Source: a bacterium (GTDB lineage Bacteria > JAJRZV01). Taken from it: a stretch of DNA of 32,877 nt. The stretch spans positions 1-32,877 of the forward strand of contig JAJRZV010000075.1 in the NCBI GenBank assembly GCA_024275095.1, read 5' to 3'. The notes beneath the pieces were generated by a model that was given only the letters and a program-made list of their open reading frames with translations, was not told the origin of the DNA and ran no database searches. Position numbers and translations under genes: made by a program. Positions 1 through 8,984 of the stretch are shown piece after piece (the first letter of the stretch is position 1; each line of letters opens with the position of its first letter).

Positions 1-1100
1 CTGGATGCGATTTTTTCTATGTCTTCCATTTCCGGTTTTACAGTTGTGCAGCCGCCAGGTCGGGTGTAGATTTTGAAGCGGACGGGGCCGTAGGGTGTGG
101 TGATTTTACGTATTTCACGTTCCGCCTGAGCCCTCGTGACCAGCCAGTACCTGACGCCGGCGGTGGTGGTGTGGCAGAGGAGGTGGTTAATCAGGGTGTC
201 CAGTTTTTCTTTTTTGGCAATGACGGTTATTCGGATGGCTGGGCGGCCTTTTTTCATCAAGATGCTGTGCATTGTCGCGTCAAGGGCTCCCTTTTCAAGG
301 AGTGCCGGAATGAGAGGCTGGAGGTCTTCACCGGTCATGTCGTCGATGTCGGTTTCAATCCTGTATATTTCGCCGCGGCCTTCGCAGGGAGTGGATATGA
401 GCCATGCCCGCAGGGCGTTCATGCCTTCGCCCCTGCGCTTGCCCATGCCGTAGCCGACTTTACGGGGAATGAAAACAAATCCATCATGTACGGGTTTCGC
501 AAAGCACCGGATAAAAGCGGCGCCTGTTGGGGTGGTTTTTTCGAACGAGCCGTCCATGAATACAGGAAAGTCGTTGAGCAGTTTTTCAACGGCTGGTGGT
601 GGCACGTGGTATGTCCCGTGGGCGGTATGAATCACACCACCCCCCAGGTTTACGGGAAATGACAGGACCTCCTCTACTTTCAGAAGTTCAAGCAGCAGGG
701 ATATTCCCATGAGGTCCACCACAGTGTCCCAGCCGCCCAGCTCGTGGAAGGTGACATTTTCGAGGTCCGTGCCGTGGACTTCCGCCTCGGTCCGGGCCAG
801 TGCTTCCGCCATTTCCAGGGCTTTTTTTTTCACGGACCTGGTGGCATTTGAGGCCTCCAGTACCCTGCGAAGTTCTGCAAAGGTTTTCACTTCCGGTGCA
901 GTGTTTTTAAGAGAGATGCGGATGTTAACAGCTTCTACGGCGTGAACTTCGCAGTGTTCCACGTCAAAATGTACGTGTTTTAGTATCCCGGTCTTTTCAA
1001 GTTCCCTGATAAATTTGTTTGCGTCTTCGAAAAGATGAAGAAGTGCGCCCATCAGCATGTCCCCGGAGATGCCCGAGAATGGGTGGAGGAGCAGTTTCAT
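1..1100 (-). CDS. larC: Nickel pincer cofactor biosynthesis protein LarC (nickel insertase); 3' end runs off the window
   Basis: Absent from the ORF track, consistent with no in-frame stop inside the window. Hand translation from the ATG at 1100 (ATGA overlap with the larB stop) gives MKLLLHPFSGISGDMLMGALL...EAEVHG...VTFHELGGWDTVVD. TTPTGAA and a C-terminal KPEMED follow, the latter checked to be in the same frame. These are typical LarC motifs. Confidence 0.92.
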   Translation of the reverse strand, partial: MKLLLHPFSGISGDMLMGALLHLFEDANKFIRELEKTGILKHVHFDVEHCEVHAVEAVNIRISLKNTAPEVKTFAELRRVLEASNATRSVKKKALEMAEALARTEAEVHGTDLENVTFHELGGWDTVVDLMGISLLLELLKVEEVLSFPVNLGGGVIHTAHGTYHVPPPAVEKLLNDFPVFMDGSFEKTTPTGAAFIRCFAKPVHDGFVFIPRKVGYGMGKRRGEGMNALRAWLISTPCEGRGEIYRIETDIDDMTGEDLQPLIPALLEKGALDATMHSILMKKGRPAIRITVIAKKEKLDTLINHLLCHTTTAGVRYWLVTRAQAEREIRKITTPYGPVRFKIYTRPGGCTTVKPEMEDIEKIAS

Positions 1101-1849
1101 TTGCCGGCCCTGAGGGCAATGAGTGATGCTGTAAATCCAGCTCCAACGCCGTCGTTTATGTTCACTGTAACCACGTTGGGTGCACAGGATGCGAGCATTG
1201 AGAGAAGGGCGGTGAGCCCCCCGCCTGACACACCGTACCCGTGGGCCACCGGCAGTCCTATGACGGGAATGCCAACCATTCCTGCGATAACGCCTGGAAG
1301 GGCACCTTCCATGCCTGCTGCCACTATGGCGCATGCGGCTTCCGCTATGAGCGGGAGATGTTCTGTAATGCGGTGAATGCCGGCAATGCCCACGTCTGTG
1401 ATGAGGTGTACCGGTACACCCATCATGCGGCAGGTGATTTCCGCTTCCGCGGCCACGGGAATGTCAGATGCTCCTGCGGTGATGACGCATACGTGACAGC
1501 GGGTTTTTTTCTCAGGATAGGGAGTGTGAAGCACTTTTGCAGTGGGGTTGTATTTGACTTTTTTTATCTTTTGTTCAATGGCCTTTCCGTCTTTTTCCAG
1601 TACCCTTGTTGCCAGCATTGCTTCGCATTTTTTCAGCGAGGCTTTTATAAGCGAGATGAGCATGCTTCGAGATTTACCTTCAGCATAGATGATTTCAGGG
1701 AACCCGGTGCGCAGTGCCCTGTGGGTGTCGAGCACGGCTTCACCCAGGCGCTCGAAGGGTAGCGCTTTCAGGCGGCTTATGACTTCTTCTACCCCTACAC
1801 GTCCTTCAAGAAGGTCCTGCAGCAGTTTTTTGATTTTTCCCTCTTCCAC
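1097..1849 (-). CDS. larB: Nickel pincer cofactor biosynthesis protein LarB (AIR carboxylase-like)
   Basis: LDTHRALRTGFPEIIYAEGK, AGASDIPVAAEA, DVGIAGIHR, AGMEGALPG, MLASCAPNVVTVNINDGVGAG motifs; adjacent to larC. Confidence 0.95.
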   Translation of the reverse strand: MEEGKIKKLLQDLLEGRVGVEEVISRLKALPFERLGEAVLDTHRALRTGFPEIIYAEGKSRSMLISLIKASLKKCEAMLATRVLEKDGKAIEQKIKKVKYNPTAKVLHTPYPEKKTRCHVCVITAGASDIPVAAEAEITCRMMGVPVHLITDVGIAGIHRITEHLPLIAEAACAIVAAGMEGALPGVIAGMVGIPVIGLPVAHGYGVSGGGLTALLSMLASCAPNVVTVNINDGVGAGFTASLIALRAGK

Positions 1850-1856
1850 CTGGATG

Positions 1857-2327
1857 TCACAGCGTGATAATTCCTTTCCGTAGACTTCGGATAATCATTT
1901 CACCCGTGGCCACGTGAAATTCCACTGTGCGGCCGTGTGAACCGCCGAAATCAGCAGCGACAAGAGGAATGTTCAGTTTTTGAAGCAGGGTCTGCACCGC
2001 TTCTACATTCTGTTCCCCAATGTTTGGTATGCGCTGGAGTTTGAAAATAGTAGCTCCCCCCGCTGCCTTTGCTATGATGCGAGAGGGGTTTGCACCTCTG
2101 GAAAGTATTTCTTCGTAAAGCAGGTGGACAGCCCTGTCCATGAATTTTGAAGGGGCTTTGTGTACGGGATGACCGTTTGAGGAGGGGAGAAGAGGATGTG
2201 CCATGCCCCCTATTTTCAGAGCAGGGTCGTAGAACACCACGGCCACACAGGAACCCAGACCGATGGCTTCAAGGATGGCATCTCCTTGAACCACAGCCGT
2301 TTCTGCTATGCCCACGCGAATTTTCAT
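1857..2327 (-). CDS. cheD: Chemoreceptor glutamine deamidase CheD
   Basis: IGLGSCVAV (catalytic Cys), GGMAHPLLP (His), AKAAGGA, IGEQN, DFGGSHGRTVEF. Confidence 0.95.
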   Translation of the reverse strand: MKIRVGIAETAVVQGDAILEAIGLGSCVAVVFYDPALKIGGMAHPLLPSSNGHPVHKAPSKFMDRAVHLLYEEILSRGANPSRIIAKAAGGATIFKLQRIPNIGEQNVEAVQTLLQKLNIPLVAADFGGSHGRTVEFHVATGEMIIRSLRKGIITL

Positions 2328-2939
2328 TTATACCTTTTCAAGTATAAGTTTTTCCGCTCCATCGGTGGGAATGAGAAAAAAATCAAGCGCAGCAGCCTGG
2401 TCGTCGGAAGCAATGGAAGTATTGAACACAAAGATGTCATCTGTGTTCTGACAGGCAGCGGCCACAACAGCGTCAACCGCGCTTTCCAGGTACTCAAAAG
2501 CAAGAAGAGGCACTGAGGTGATAACCGGTTCAGAAATCATTTCAGAAACAGCGTTGGCAAAAGCTCCCGCGAGAATGTTGCATATCTCGAGAAGAGCGGA
2601 TCGGATGATGTTTTGCTCGTCATCACTCGCAAGGTGTTCGCTGAGTTGTTCTGTATTTATGCTTTGTCCTGTAAGCTGTTCGACAAGTTTGGCGGCATTT
2701 TCGGGGTAAACAACAAAAAGACCTTCCAGGTTGATACCGCCTGTAAACGAGGAGTGGAGTATGACGGCCGGGGCGGTGGGAAGAAAATCTTCGATTGCAT
2801 GCACAGGAACTCGCGTAACTCCGGGAACAGTGATGAGCACTTTTTTTCCTGTAATAACCGAAAGGGCGTTGGATGCATTTCCTGCTCCGATGTTGACTAT
2901 TTCCCTTAAAATGTCGAGTTGAAGCTCTGATATATTCAT
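2328..2939 (-). CDS. cheC: CheY-P phosphatase CheC (DifG-like)
   Basis: Two CheC active-site repeats, DILREIVNIGAGNA and SALLEICNILAG; lies between cheA and cheD. Confidence 0.93.
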   Translation of the reverse strand: MNISELQLDILREIVNIGAGNASNALSVITGKKVLITVPGVTRVPVHAIEDFLPTAPAVILHSSFTGGINLEGLFVVYPENAAKLVEQLTGQSINTEQLSEHLASDDEQNIIRSALLEICNILAGAFANAVSEMISEPVITSVPLLAFEYLESAVDAVVAAACQNTDDIFVFNTSIASDDQAAALDFFLIPTDGAEKLILEKV

Positions 2940-4777
2940 TTTTCTCCCCCGCTGAGAGAGACATGATCTATGATAAATGTCATTTCGCCTCCTGTCGAGA
3001 CAGTTGTGGCGAAGAAAGGTTTGAAATCTTTTAATAAACCTTTCAGGGGCTTGATGTATATTTCAGCTGTACCCAGAATTTCGTCAGCGTATATGGCTGC
3101 ATGGTCTTTTCCTGTATCTACAATAAGGACAGTGCCTGAGTGAGGTCTGGGATCCAGCCCAAGCAGTTCCCTGATGGGAAATATTCTGGCCACTATACCG
3201 TTGTGAAGGTACACGTTTTTTTCGTCTGTTTCTTTTACAATCTCTCCGGAGGTGGCATCTGTGACAAGGAGCAATCTGTCTGCATTGATGCCCATCTGGT
3301 ATGGTCCGATTCTGAATACAGCCGCCTGTACAATTGCGGCTCCGGAAGGAAGCTTTAATTTTATGGTTGTACCTTTACCTTCTTCAGAATGGATTTCCAT
3401 GACCCCATGGAGCTTCTCCACGGCATTTGCTACAACGTCCATGCCTACTCCACGACCGGATATATCGGATACCTCTTCACGGCTGGAAAATCCTGGAGTA
3501 CAGGTAAGTTTGAAGACTTCTTCATCCGTGAGAGTCTCTGCTTCACCCGGGGAAATAAGGCTTTTGCTAACGGCTTTTTCAAGGATTTTCTGACGATTCA
3601 TGCCACGGCCATCGTCGCTGACTTCTATAATGGTCCAGCCAGCTGTTGAATAAGCGGAGATTTTTACGAGCCCCGTGGGTTCTTTGCCCGCTTTTTCTCT
3701 TTCTTCAGATTTTTCGATACCGTGATCAATAGCGTTTCTGAGAAGGTGAATGAGTGGATCAGAAAGCTCTGTAAGAAGGTGGCGGTCCATGCGGATGTTT
3801 CCGCCCTCCACAACAAGCTTTACTTTTTTACCAAGTTTTCTGCACAGTTCCCGCGATGTCCTGTGCAGGGTTGCCGTGATTGTTTCGAAAGGGACAAGGT
3901 TCATCTGAAGCACAACGTCGCGTAGCTGCTTGAGAAGTATGCGCATCCTTTCAAAGTTTTCGCGGGCAAGGGCTGGCATTTCCTCGGTATACGGGTACAG
4001 GGAAGACTCGAGAAACAGTATGTCTCCCAGAATTTTTAAGGCACTGTCCAGGTCGCTGGAGTCAACTTTTACGTGCTCTATGATTTTTTTCTTTTTTTCG
4101 TCTTTACTATCTTCTTTTTTGAGTTCTTCTACTTTGTGAATAAAGTCCCACTCCCGTAGCCTAGAGACAGCAGCCTTTGCGGCCTTGTCATCTGAAAAAT
4201 AGAGTGTGAACTCATATCCCTTCCAGCCTTTCTTAACTTCTTTTACGGTGGGAGTGGAACCCGTAAATCCTTCCCAGTCGGTTACACGACTCAGTACCAT
4301 GTAAACACGTGCTGCTGGTAATGCTTCCGATGAGTCTATGGTGACTTTGACAGGAACCCCTCCGGTAGAAGCTGATTCTTCCGGTTTTTCCTCTGGCGGA
4401 GTTTTTTCTTCTGTTGTGGACCTTTCAAAGGGGGTAGGGCGAGGCATGACAGAGCCGGTATTTTCATACTCGGATAGCATCTCTTCCAGCGCGCCCGTTC
4501 CTTCTTCAATGATTTTCAGGTCTTCGTCGGATAGGTTACGATTCTCATCCCTGATCTGCTGAAGGTAGCTTTCCAGGGCATGGCTGTAGGAAGAAATGGC
4601 TTCTATGCCCATGGCCGCGGAGGCCCCTTTTATGGAGTGAAACAGGCGGAATATTTCGTTGATTATAGGACCGTGGTCCTGTATTTCCCGAGCCCTTTCC
4701 AGGTTTTTAAATATGGCATCGAGGTTATCGCGGGTGTCCTCGATGAACAGCGAACGATATTTGTCTATACCGCTCAT
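2936..4777 (-). CDS. cheA: Chemotaxis histidine kinase CheA (Hpt, P2, dimerisation, HATPase and CheW domains; DifE-like)
   Basis: FRLFHSIKG Hpt motif, HLLRNAIDHGIE N-box, DDGRG, GFSS...SGRGVGMDVV, C-terminal CheW-like domain. Confidence 0.97.
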   Translation of the reverse strand: MSGIDKYRSLFIEDTRDNLDAIFKNLERAREIQDHGPIINEIFRLFHSIKGASAAMGIEAISSYSHALESYLQQIRDENRNLSDEDLKIIEEGTGALEEMLSEYENTGSVMPRPTPFERSTTEEKTPPEEKPEESASTGGVPVKVTIDSSEALPAARVYMVLSRVTDWEGFTGSTPTVKEVKKGWKGYEFTLYFSDDKAAKAAVSRLREWDFIHKVEELKKEDSKDEKKKKIIEHVKVDSSDLDSALKILGDILFLESSLYPYTEEMPALARENFERMRILLKQLRDVVLQMNLVPFETITATLHRTSRELCRKLGKKVKLVVEGGNIRMDRHLLTELSDPLIHLLRNAIDHGIEKSEEREKAGKEPTGLVKISAYSTAGWTIIEVSDDGRGMNRQKILEKAVSKSLISPGEAETLTDEEVFKLTCTPGFSSREEVSDISGRGVGMDVVANAVEKLHGVMEIHSEEGKGTTIKLKLPSGAAIVQAAVFRIGPYQMGINADRLLLVTDATSGEIVKETDEKNVYLHNGIVARIFPIRELLGLDPRPHSGTVLIVDTGKDHAAIYADEILGTAEIYIKPLKGLLKDFKPFFATTVSTGGEMTFIIDHVSLSGGEK

Positions 4778-5139
4778 TCACCGAGAATCTTTTTTATGAC
4801 TGAGATTACCTTATCTTTTTTGAACGGCTTGGTAATGAAGTCAAGAGCACCGGCCTCAAGGGCCTCCATCACCAGCGATTCCTGCCCCAGTGCACTGACC
4901 ATAATTACCTTGGCTGAAGGATCCATCTGCCGTATTTCACGCAGGGCTTCCAATCCATTTTTAGACGGCATGACGATGTCCATTGTTGTCAGGTCTGGCT
5001 TTAAATTTTTATACATTTCAACAGCTTCAATTCCATTGGATGCTTCCCCGACAACTTCAAATCCTTCTGATTCCAGAATTTCACGTATCATATTCCTCAT
5101 AAAAACCGCATCATCAACGACGAGTATCTTGTGACCCAT
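4774..5139 (-). CDS. cheY: Single-domain response regulator CheY (DifD-like)
   Basis: ILVVDDAVFMR, MDIVMP (phospho-Asp), VSA, KPF; 121 aa. Confidence 0.95.
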   Translation of the reverse strand: MGHKILVVDDAVFMRNMIREILESEGFEVVGEASNGIEAVEMYKNLKPDLTTMDIVMPSKNGLEALREIRQMDPSAKVIMVSALGQESLVMEALEAGALDFITKPFKKDKVISVIKKILGE

Positions 5140-5581
5140 GACTACCCCCCACTTGGATTAATCTTTGAAATTCCTCTTTCAACATACCAACCAACCTTTC
5201 TACGTCTACCACTCGCACTACACCGTAGTCTGTATAAAGTGTTTCCCTCAAAACTTCTTCATTATTCGCATTTTCCTTTTTTCTTTCTATTCTATCAAAT
5301 GAAATAGTCAGACATGAGGATGGATGCACGGAAAGAGCAAGTTCAGGAAAATCCTTGCCTACGGCCACTGCGTAAGTGTGCGTTTCCGCGGGTTTTTCTC
5401 CTGCGAGAACGGCTCCTGAGTCCACAACCAGCACAGCATCACCGTGGAAAAATGTTACCCCCATAAAACTTGTATCTTTCATAAAAGGAAAGGATATAAG
5501 CCTGCTGATTTCGAATACTTCCAGCACAAATTTTTCCTCAAGGGCGAATAGCCGATTTTTATGCCGGAAGGCAAAATACAT
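5114..5581 (-). CDS. cheW: CheW-like coupling protein (DifC-like)
   Basis: FALEEKFVLEV, FMGVTFFHGDAVLVVD and VVDVERL match the CheW pattern; located between the MCP and cheY; divergent sequence. Confidence 0.8.
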   Translation of the reverse strand: MYFAFRHKNRLFALEEKFVLEVFEISRLISFPFMKDTSFMGVTFFHGDAVLVVDSGAVLAGEKPAETHTYAVAVGKDFPELALSVHPSSCLTISFDRIERKKENANNEEVLRETLYTDYGVVRVVDVERLVGMLKEEFQRLIQVGGSHGSQDTRR

Positions 5582-6847
5582 TTATACCCTGAATTCCTCG
5601 ACCTTTTTCTTGAGTTCTACTGACAGGGAAGCCAGATGCTGAGCAGCCTTGTTGAGTTCCGCCATGGAGGCTGTTTGTTCTTCCATGGAGGCTGTCACTT
5701 CTTCTGTTACTGAAGCATTTTCTTCCGCAATGCGGGCGATGCTGTCTATAGTACTGATGAGCTTATCTGCAATGCCGGCCTGTGTTTTGTTAAATGAGGT
5801 AATTTCCTGGACCCTGGTGGCCGTCTCCAGGGTGTTATTTGTAATTTCTTCAAATGTTGAGCGGACCACCTCCATATCTGCTTTGCCTTCTTCGATGGAT
5901 TGAGCCATGATTTTCATTTCTTCCGTGAGTTCCCGGGAGTTTTTCTCCACTGTATCAATCAGTTCGGTTATCTGTGCAGTAGATTTTTGGGTGTTATCAG
6001 CCAGCTTCCGGATTTCCTCCGCAACCACACCAAATCCTCGGCCGCTTTCGCCGGCCAGGGCTGCTTCAATGGCTGCATTCAGTGCGAGCAGGTTCGTTTT
6101 GTTGGAGATACTTGTAATGACGTCGGTGATTTCCCGAACACGGCTGATAACAGCGCTGAATTCGAGAAATTTTTGCGTAGTGCTGGCGGCCCGGTCGAAG
6201 GTGATACGCATTTTTTCCATGGCGGTTGCTACAAGTTCAGAGCCTTTCTGGGCCATTTCCACTGTTTTTCTGACAGCTTCCTCTACATTTTCTGCAATGC
6301 GGGCAGCAGCCAGGGCTTTTTCAGCAGTTTCCTTTATGAAACTGGCGCCTTTTTCTACTTCTTCTGCCTGACGTGAAGCACCCTGGGCAATATTTTCCAT
6401 CGTTTTTGAAACTTCTTCTGCAGAGGCGGTCACTTCTTCTGCAAGTGCACCGAGTGATTGGGCTGAAGCCGCAACACTTTCTGATATTTCGATCATGGAG
6501 GTGACAAGATTTTTGAGATTGTTCCGCATGGCTTCCATGAACTCTTTTAACTCGTCAAATTCATCATAAAATCGAGTATCTTTCCAGGGAATGTCTATAA
6601 GCAGATCACCCCTTGCAACACCTTCACTGAGCGTACGCAGCTTGTCGATTTTCGAAGAGGTGCCCCGAAGGATAAAAAGACCGATAACAGATCCCAGAAG
6701 CAATGCTGATGCTACGGATACGATTTTCTCCAGAACAGGCCCCAGATTTGCGAATGCAAACAGATAGGGAGAGACCACGGATATAAAAATAATGGAAAGA
6801 AATCCCAGTATAAATTTATAAGCGACACCAAACTTACTTTTCTTCAT
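5582..6847 (-). CDS. Methyl-accepting chemotaxis protein with two TM helices and almost no periplasmic domain (DifA-like)
   Basis: [33 protein letters not shown] hairpin tip, HAMP-like region (GDLL...DEFDEL), two N-terminal hydrophobic helices with a very short linker; AGGAGG RBS upstream. Confidence 0.95.
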   Translation of the reverse strand: MKKSKFGVAYKFILGFLSIIFISVVSPYLFAFANLGPVLEKIVSVASALLLGSVIGLFILRGTSSKIDKLRTLSEGVARGDLLIDIPWKDTRFYDEFDELKEFMEAMRNNLKNLVTSMIEISESVAASAQSLGALAEEVTASAEEVSKTMENIAQGASRQAEEVEKGASFIKETAEKALAAARIAENVEEAVRKTVEMAQKGSELVATAMEKMRITFDRAASTTQKFLEFSAVISRVREITDVITSISNKTNLLALNAAIEAALAGESGRGFGVVAEEIRKLADNTQKSTAQITELIDTVEKNSRELTEEMKIMAQSIEEGKADMEVVRSTFEEITNNTLETATRVQEITSFNKTQAGIADKLISTIDSIARIAEENASVTEEVTASMEEQTASMAELNKAAQHLASLSVELKKKVEEFRV

Positions 6848-6946
6848 GTCGACCTCCTTTTCATGCCCTTAAGTTGATGCTGAGGTTATTTGGGTCAAAT
6901 GTAAGACAATTACTGCAGGAATGCTGGATAAATGTTACCGCCATTA

Positions 6947-7771
6947 TCAACCCTTTTCTTTAATAATACGGTATACCCGGTGCCTGAGAGAGAGAGGCTT
7001 GAAGAAATGTGCCAGCTCTCTTGGTACGGATTCTACCTTTCCAAGCACCAGAAATGCAGGGGTTGCTGCTATTGAAAGAACATGAGCAAGTATCCGGCTT
7101 TGGTAAGCTCTTTGTAAAAATATCAACACGTTCCTCACAATGACCATGTGAAAAGGATTTTCAGGTTTTAAATCTACTATATTAGTGGTCTTGAATGAAG
7201 TAATTTTTCGCAGTGCAGGATCCACTTGCAGACCTTCAGGTGAAATTGAAAAAAATTTTTTATACTTGAGAGGTATATCTCCGGCACTTTCGGGAGGATA
7301 AAGGCCTTTTTCCGCTTTTTCAATATTGAGTGGATCGAGGTCAATACCGACGATGTTGACTCTTGAGATCTCCTGTGAGAATGATTCTGCAATCATAGCA
7401 GCGAGTGAATATGTCTCTTCCCCTGTGGAGCAGCCGCCGGAAAGTATGTTAATTGTTCCACTTTGTACTACCCGGAATATTTCGGGTAGTACATGGGTGT
7501 CAATAAATTGGAACACGTCAGGATTTCGAAAGAATGAGGAGACGTTGATGGTGAGAATTGAAAACAAAAGCCTTGCTTTCGCTTCATCAGCGATTACCAG
7601 CTGGATTAGTTCTTCCACATCTTTGCACCTGAGTCTTTTAAGAGCGATTTCGAGCCGCCTTTGCAGGAAGGAATATTTATAACCGCTGAGATCTGCACCG
7701 TAGTGTTTTCTGAGAGCTTGTTCGAGAAGTGCAAAATTACCGTTTGAAAAGGGTAATTCGTTCTCAGACAA
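6947..7771 (-). CDS. cheR: Chemotaxis protein-glutamate O-methyltransferase CheR
   Basis: LTINVSSFFRNP, GCSTGEETYSLA, GIDLD, RNVLIF motifs. Confidence 0.92.
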   Translation of the reverse strand: MSENELPFSNGNFALLEQALRKHYGADLSGYKYSFLQRRLEIALKRLRCKDVEELIQLVIADEAKARLLFSILTINVSSFFRNPDVFQFIDTHVLPEIFRVVQSGTINILSGGCSTGEETYSLAAMIAESFSQEISRVNIVGIDLDPLNIEKAEKGLYPPESAGDIPLKYKKFFSISPEGLQVDPALRKITSFKTTNIVDLKPENPFHMVIVRNVLIFLQRAYQSRILAHVLSIAATPAFLVLGKVESVPRELAHFFKPLSLRHRVYRIIKEKG

Positions 7772-8984
7772 CTTTTTCTACCTCGATTTTTTCTATTCGT
7801 TTACCGTCGCATGAAAGGATGCGCCAGCGGTATCCTCCCCACAAAATTTCTTCTCCTGCTGCAGGAATTTTTTCCATGAGTTCAATGAGAAATCCCGCTA
7901 TGGTAACTGATTCCACATTATCAGGTACGCGAATGTTGAGCGTTTTTTCTACTTCCTCTATTTCGGTTTGCCCGTTGATGATGAAGCGGCTGGGACTCTC
8001 AGAATGAATGTTTTCGTAGGGCTTCGCCTCAAGAGTTCCTGTAAGTTCTTCCACAAGGTCAATAAGCGTGATGATTCCTGCTGCGCCCCCGTATTCGTCT
8101 ACTACCACGGCAATTTCTTCTGACCTGTGTGCAAGAGTGAAAAGAGCTGCATCACACGGCATGGTTTCGGGAAGGTAGAGGATGGGGTGGAGGAAATGTT
8201 TTACCGGATCTTTCCGGTTTTTCATTTTGCGGTATATGTCTTTGATGCGTACGTATCCCGTGATGTTAACCACACGGTTGGAAAAGACAGGAATTTTAGA
8301 GTGTCCATATTTTTTTGTGAGTTCGAATACTTCTGTGAGAGGAGCATTTTCCTCCACCGCGTGAACATTTACTATTGGTGTCATTACTTCTTTGAGAAGT
8401 GTTTCGCTCAGGGCCATGACAGCGAGTGACATTCTTTTCTCTGTGGTGGTGATGCTTCCGTATCTGTGAGCGAGGTCGATAGCCTCTACTATTTCTCTGC
8501 GTTCGAGATGGGTAAACTGACGATCTTCACCAGAGGTTTTGAAGATTACGTCTGAAAGGCGGATGAGCAGGTGGAAGGGGTATATAACAAGGGAGACGAT
8601 TTTAAGTGGGATAATGGTGAGCAAGGCGATAGTGGTGGAATGGCGGTAAGCGATGTCTTTGGGTAGTATTTCTCCCAGAATGATGATAAATGGTGAAAGT
8701 ATCAAGCCCGTAAGAAATTCATATCCAGCTCCCAGGTGCTTGTAGAGTATTTGTGCTGCCACCGTGGATGCGGCAATTACGCATATAGTAGTACCGGCTA
8801 TTGAAGCTGCAATAATTTGTTCTGCGTGTTTCCATTCACGCACGATGAGTTTTGCCCTGTAGTTCCCGTCGCGTGCAAGTGCAGTAATAATAGACCTTGG
8901 AGCAGAGAGGAAGGCGATTTCGCTACCCGAAAAAAATCCTTCGAAAAAGACCAAAGCGATAATAATGAGAAGTTCGCCGGTCAT
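7764..8984 (-). CDS. CNNM/CorC-family (DUF21-CBS-CorC_HlyC) membrane protein, putative Mg2+/Co2+ efflux
   Basis: FFSGSEIAF, GEILPK, EVMTP, HSKIPV, VVVDEYGGAAGIIT, TIAGFLIE. Confidence 0.93.
   Translation of the reverse strand: MTGELLIIIALVFFEGFFSGSEIAFLSAPRSIITALARDGNYRAKLIVREWKHAEQIIAASIAGTTICVIAASTVAAQILYKHLGAGYEFLTGLILSPFIIILGEILPKDIAYRHSTTIALLTIIPLKIVSLVIYPFHLLIRLSDVIFKTSGEDRQFTHLERREIVEAIDLAHRYGSITTTEKRMSLAVMALSETLLKEVMTPIVNVHAVEENAPLTEVFELTKKYGHSKIPVFSNRVVNITGYVRIKDIYRKMKNRKDPVKHFLHPILYLPETMPCDAALFTLAHRSEEIAVVVDEYGGAAGIITLIDLVEELTGTLEAKPYENIHSESPSRFIINGQTEIEEVEKTLNIRVPDNVESVTIAGFLIELMEKIPAAGEEILWGGYRWRILSCDGKRIEKIEVEKVV

Noticed and set aside
136-1883. Several plus-strand ORFs (105-173 aa) over larC/larB
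   Set aside because: Antisense shadows of well-supported minus-strand genes with no recognisable motifs. The same applies to the many short overlapping ORFs throughout the track.
5649-6480. Repeated EEVTAS-like peptides and long antisense ORFs in the MCP
   Set aside because: Expected heptad and methylation-helix periodicity of chemoreceptors, not a DNA repeat element
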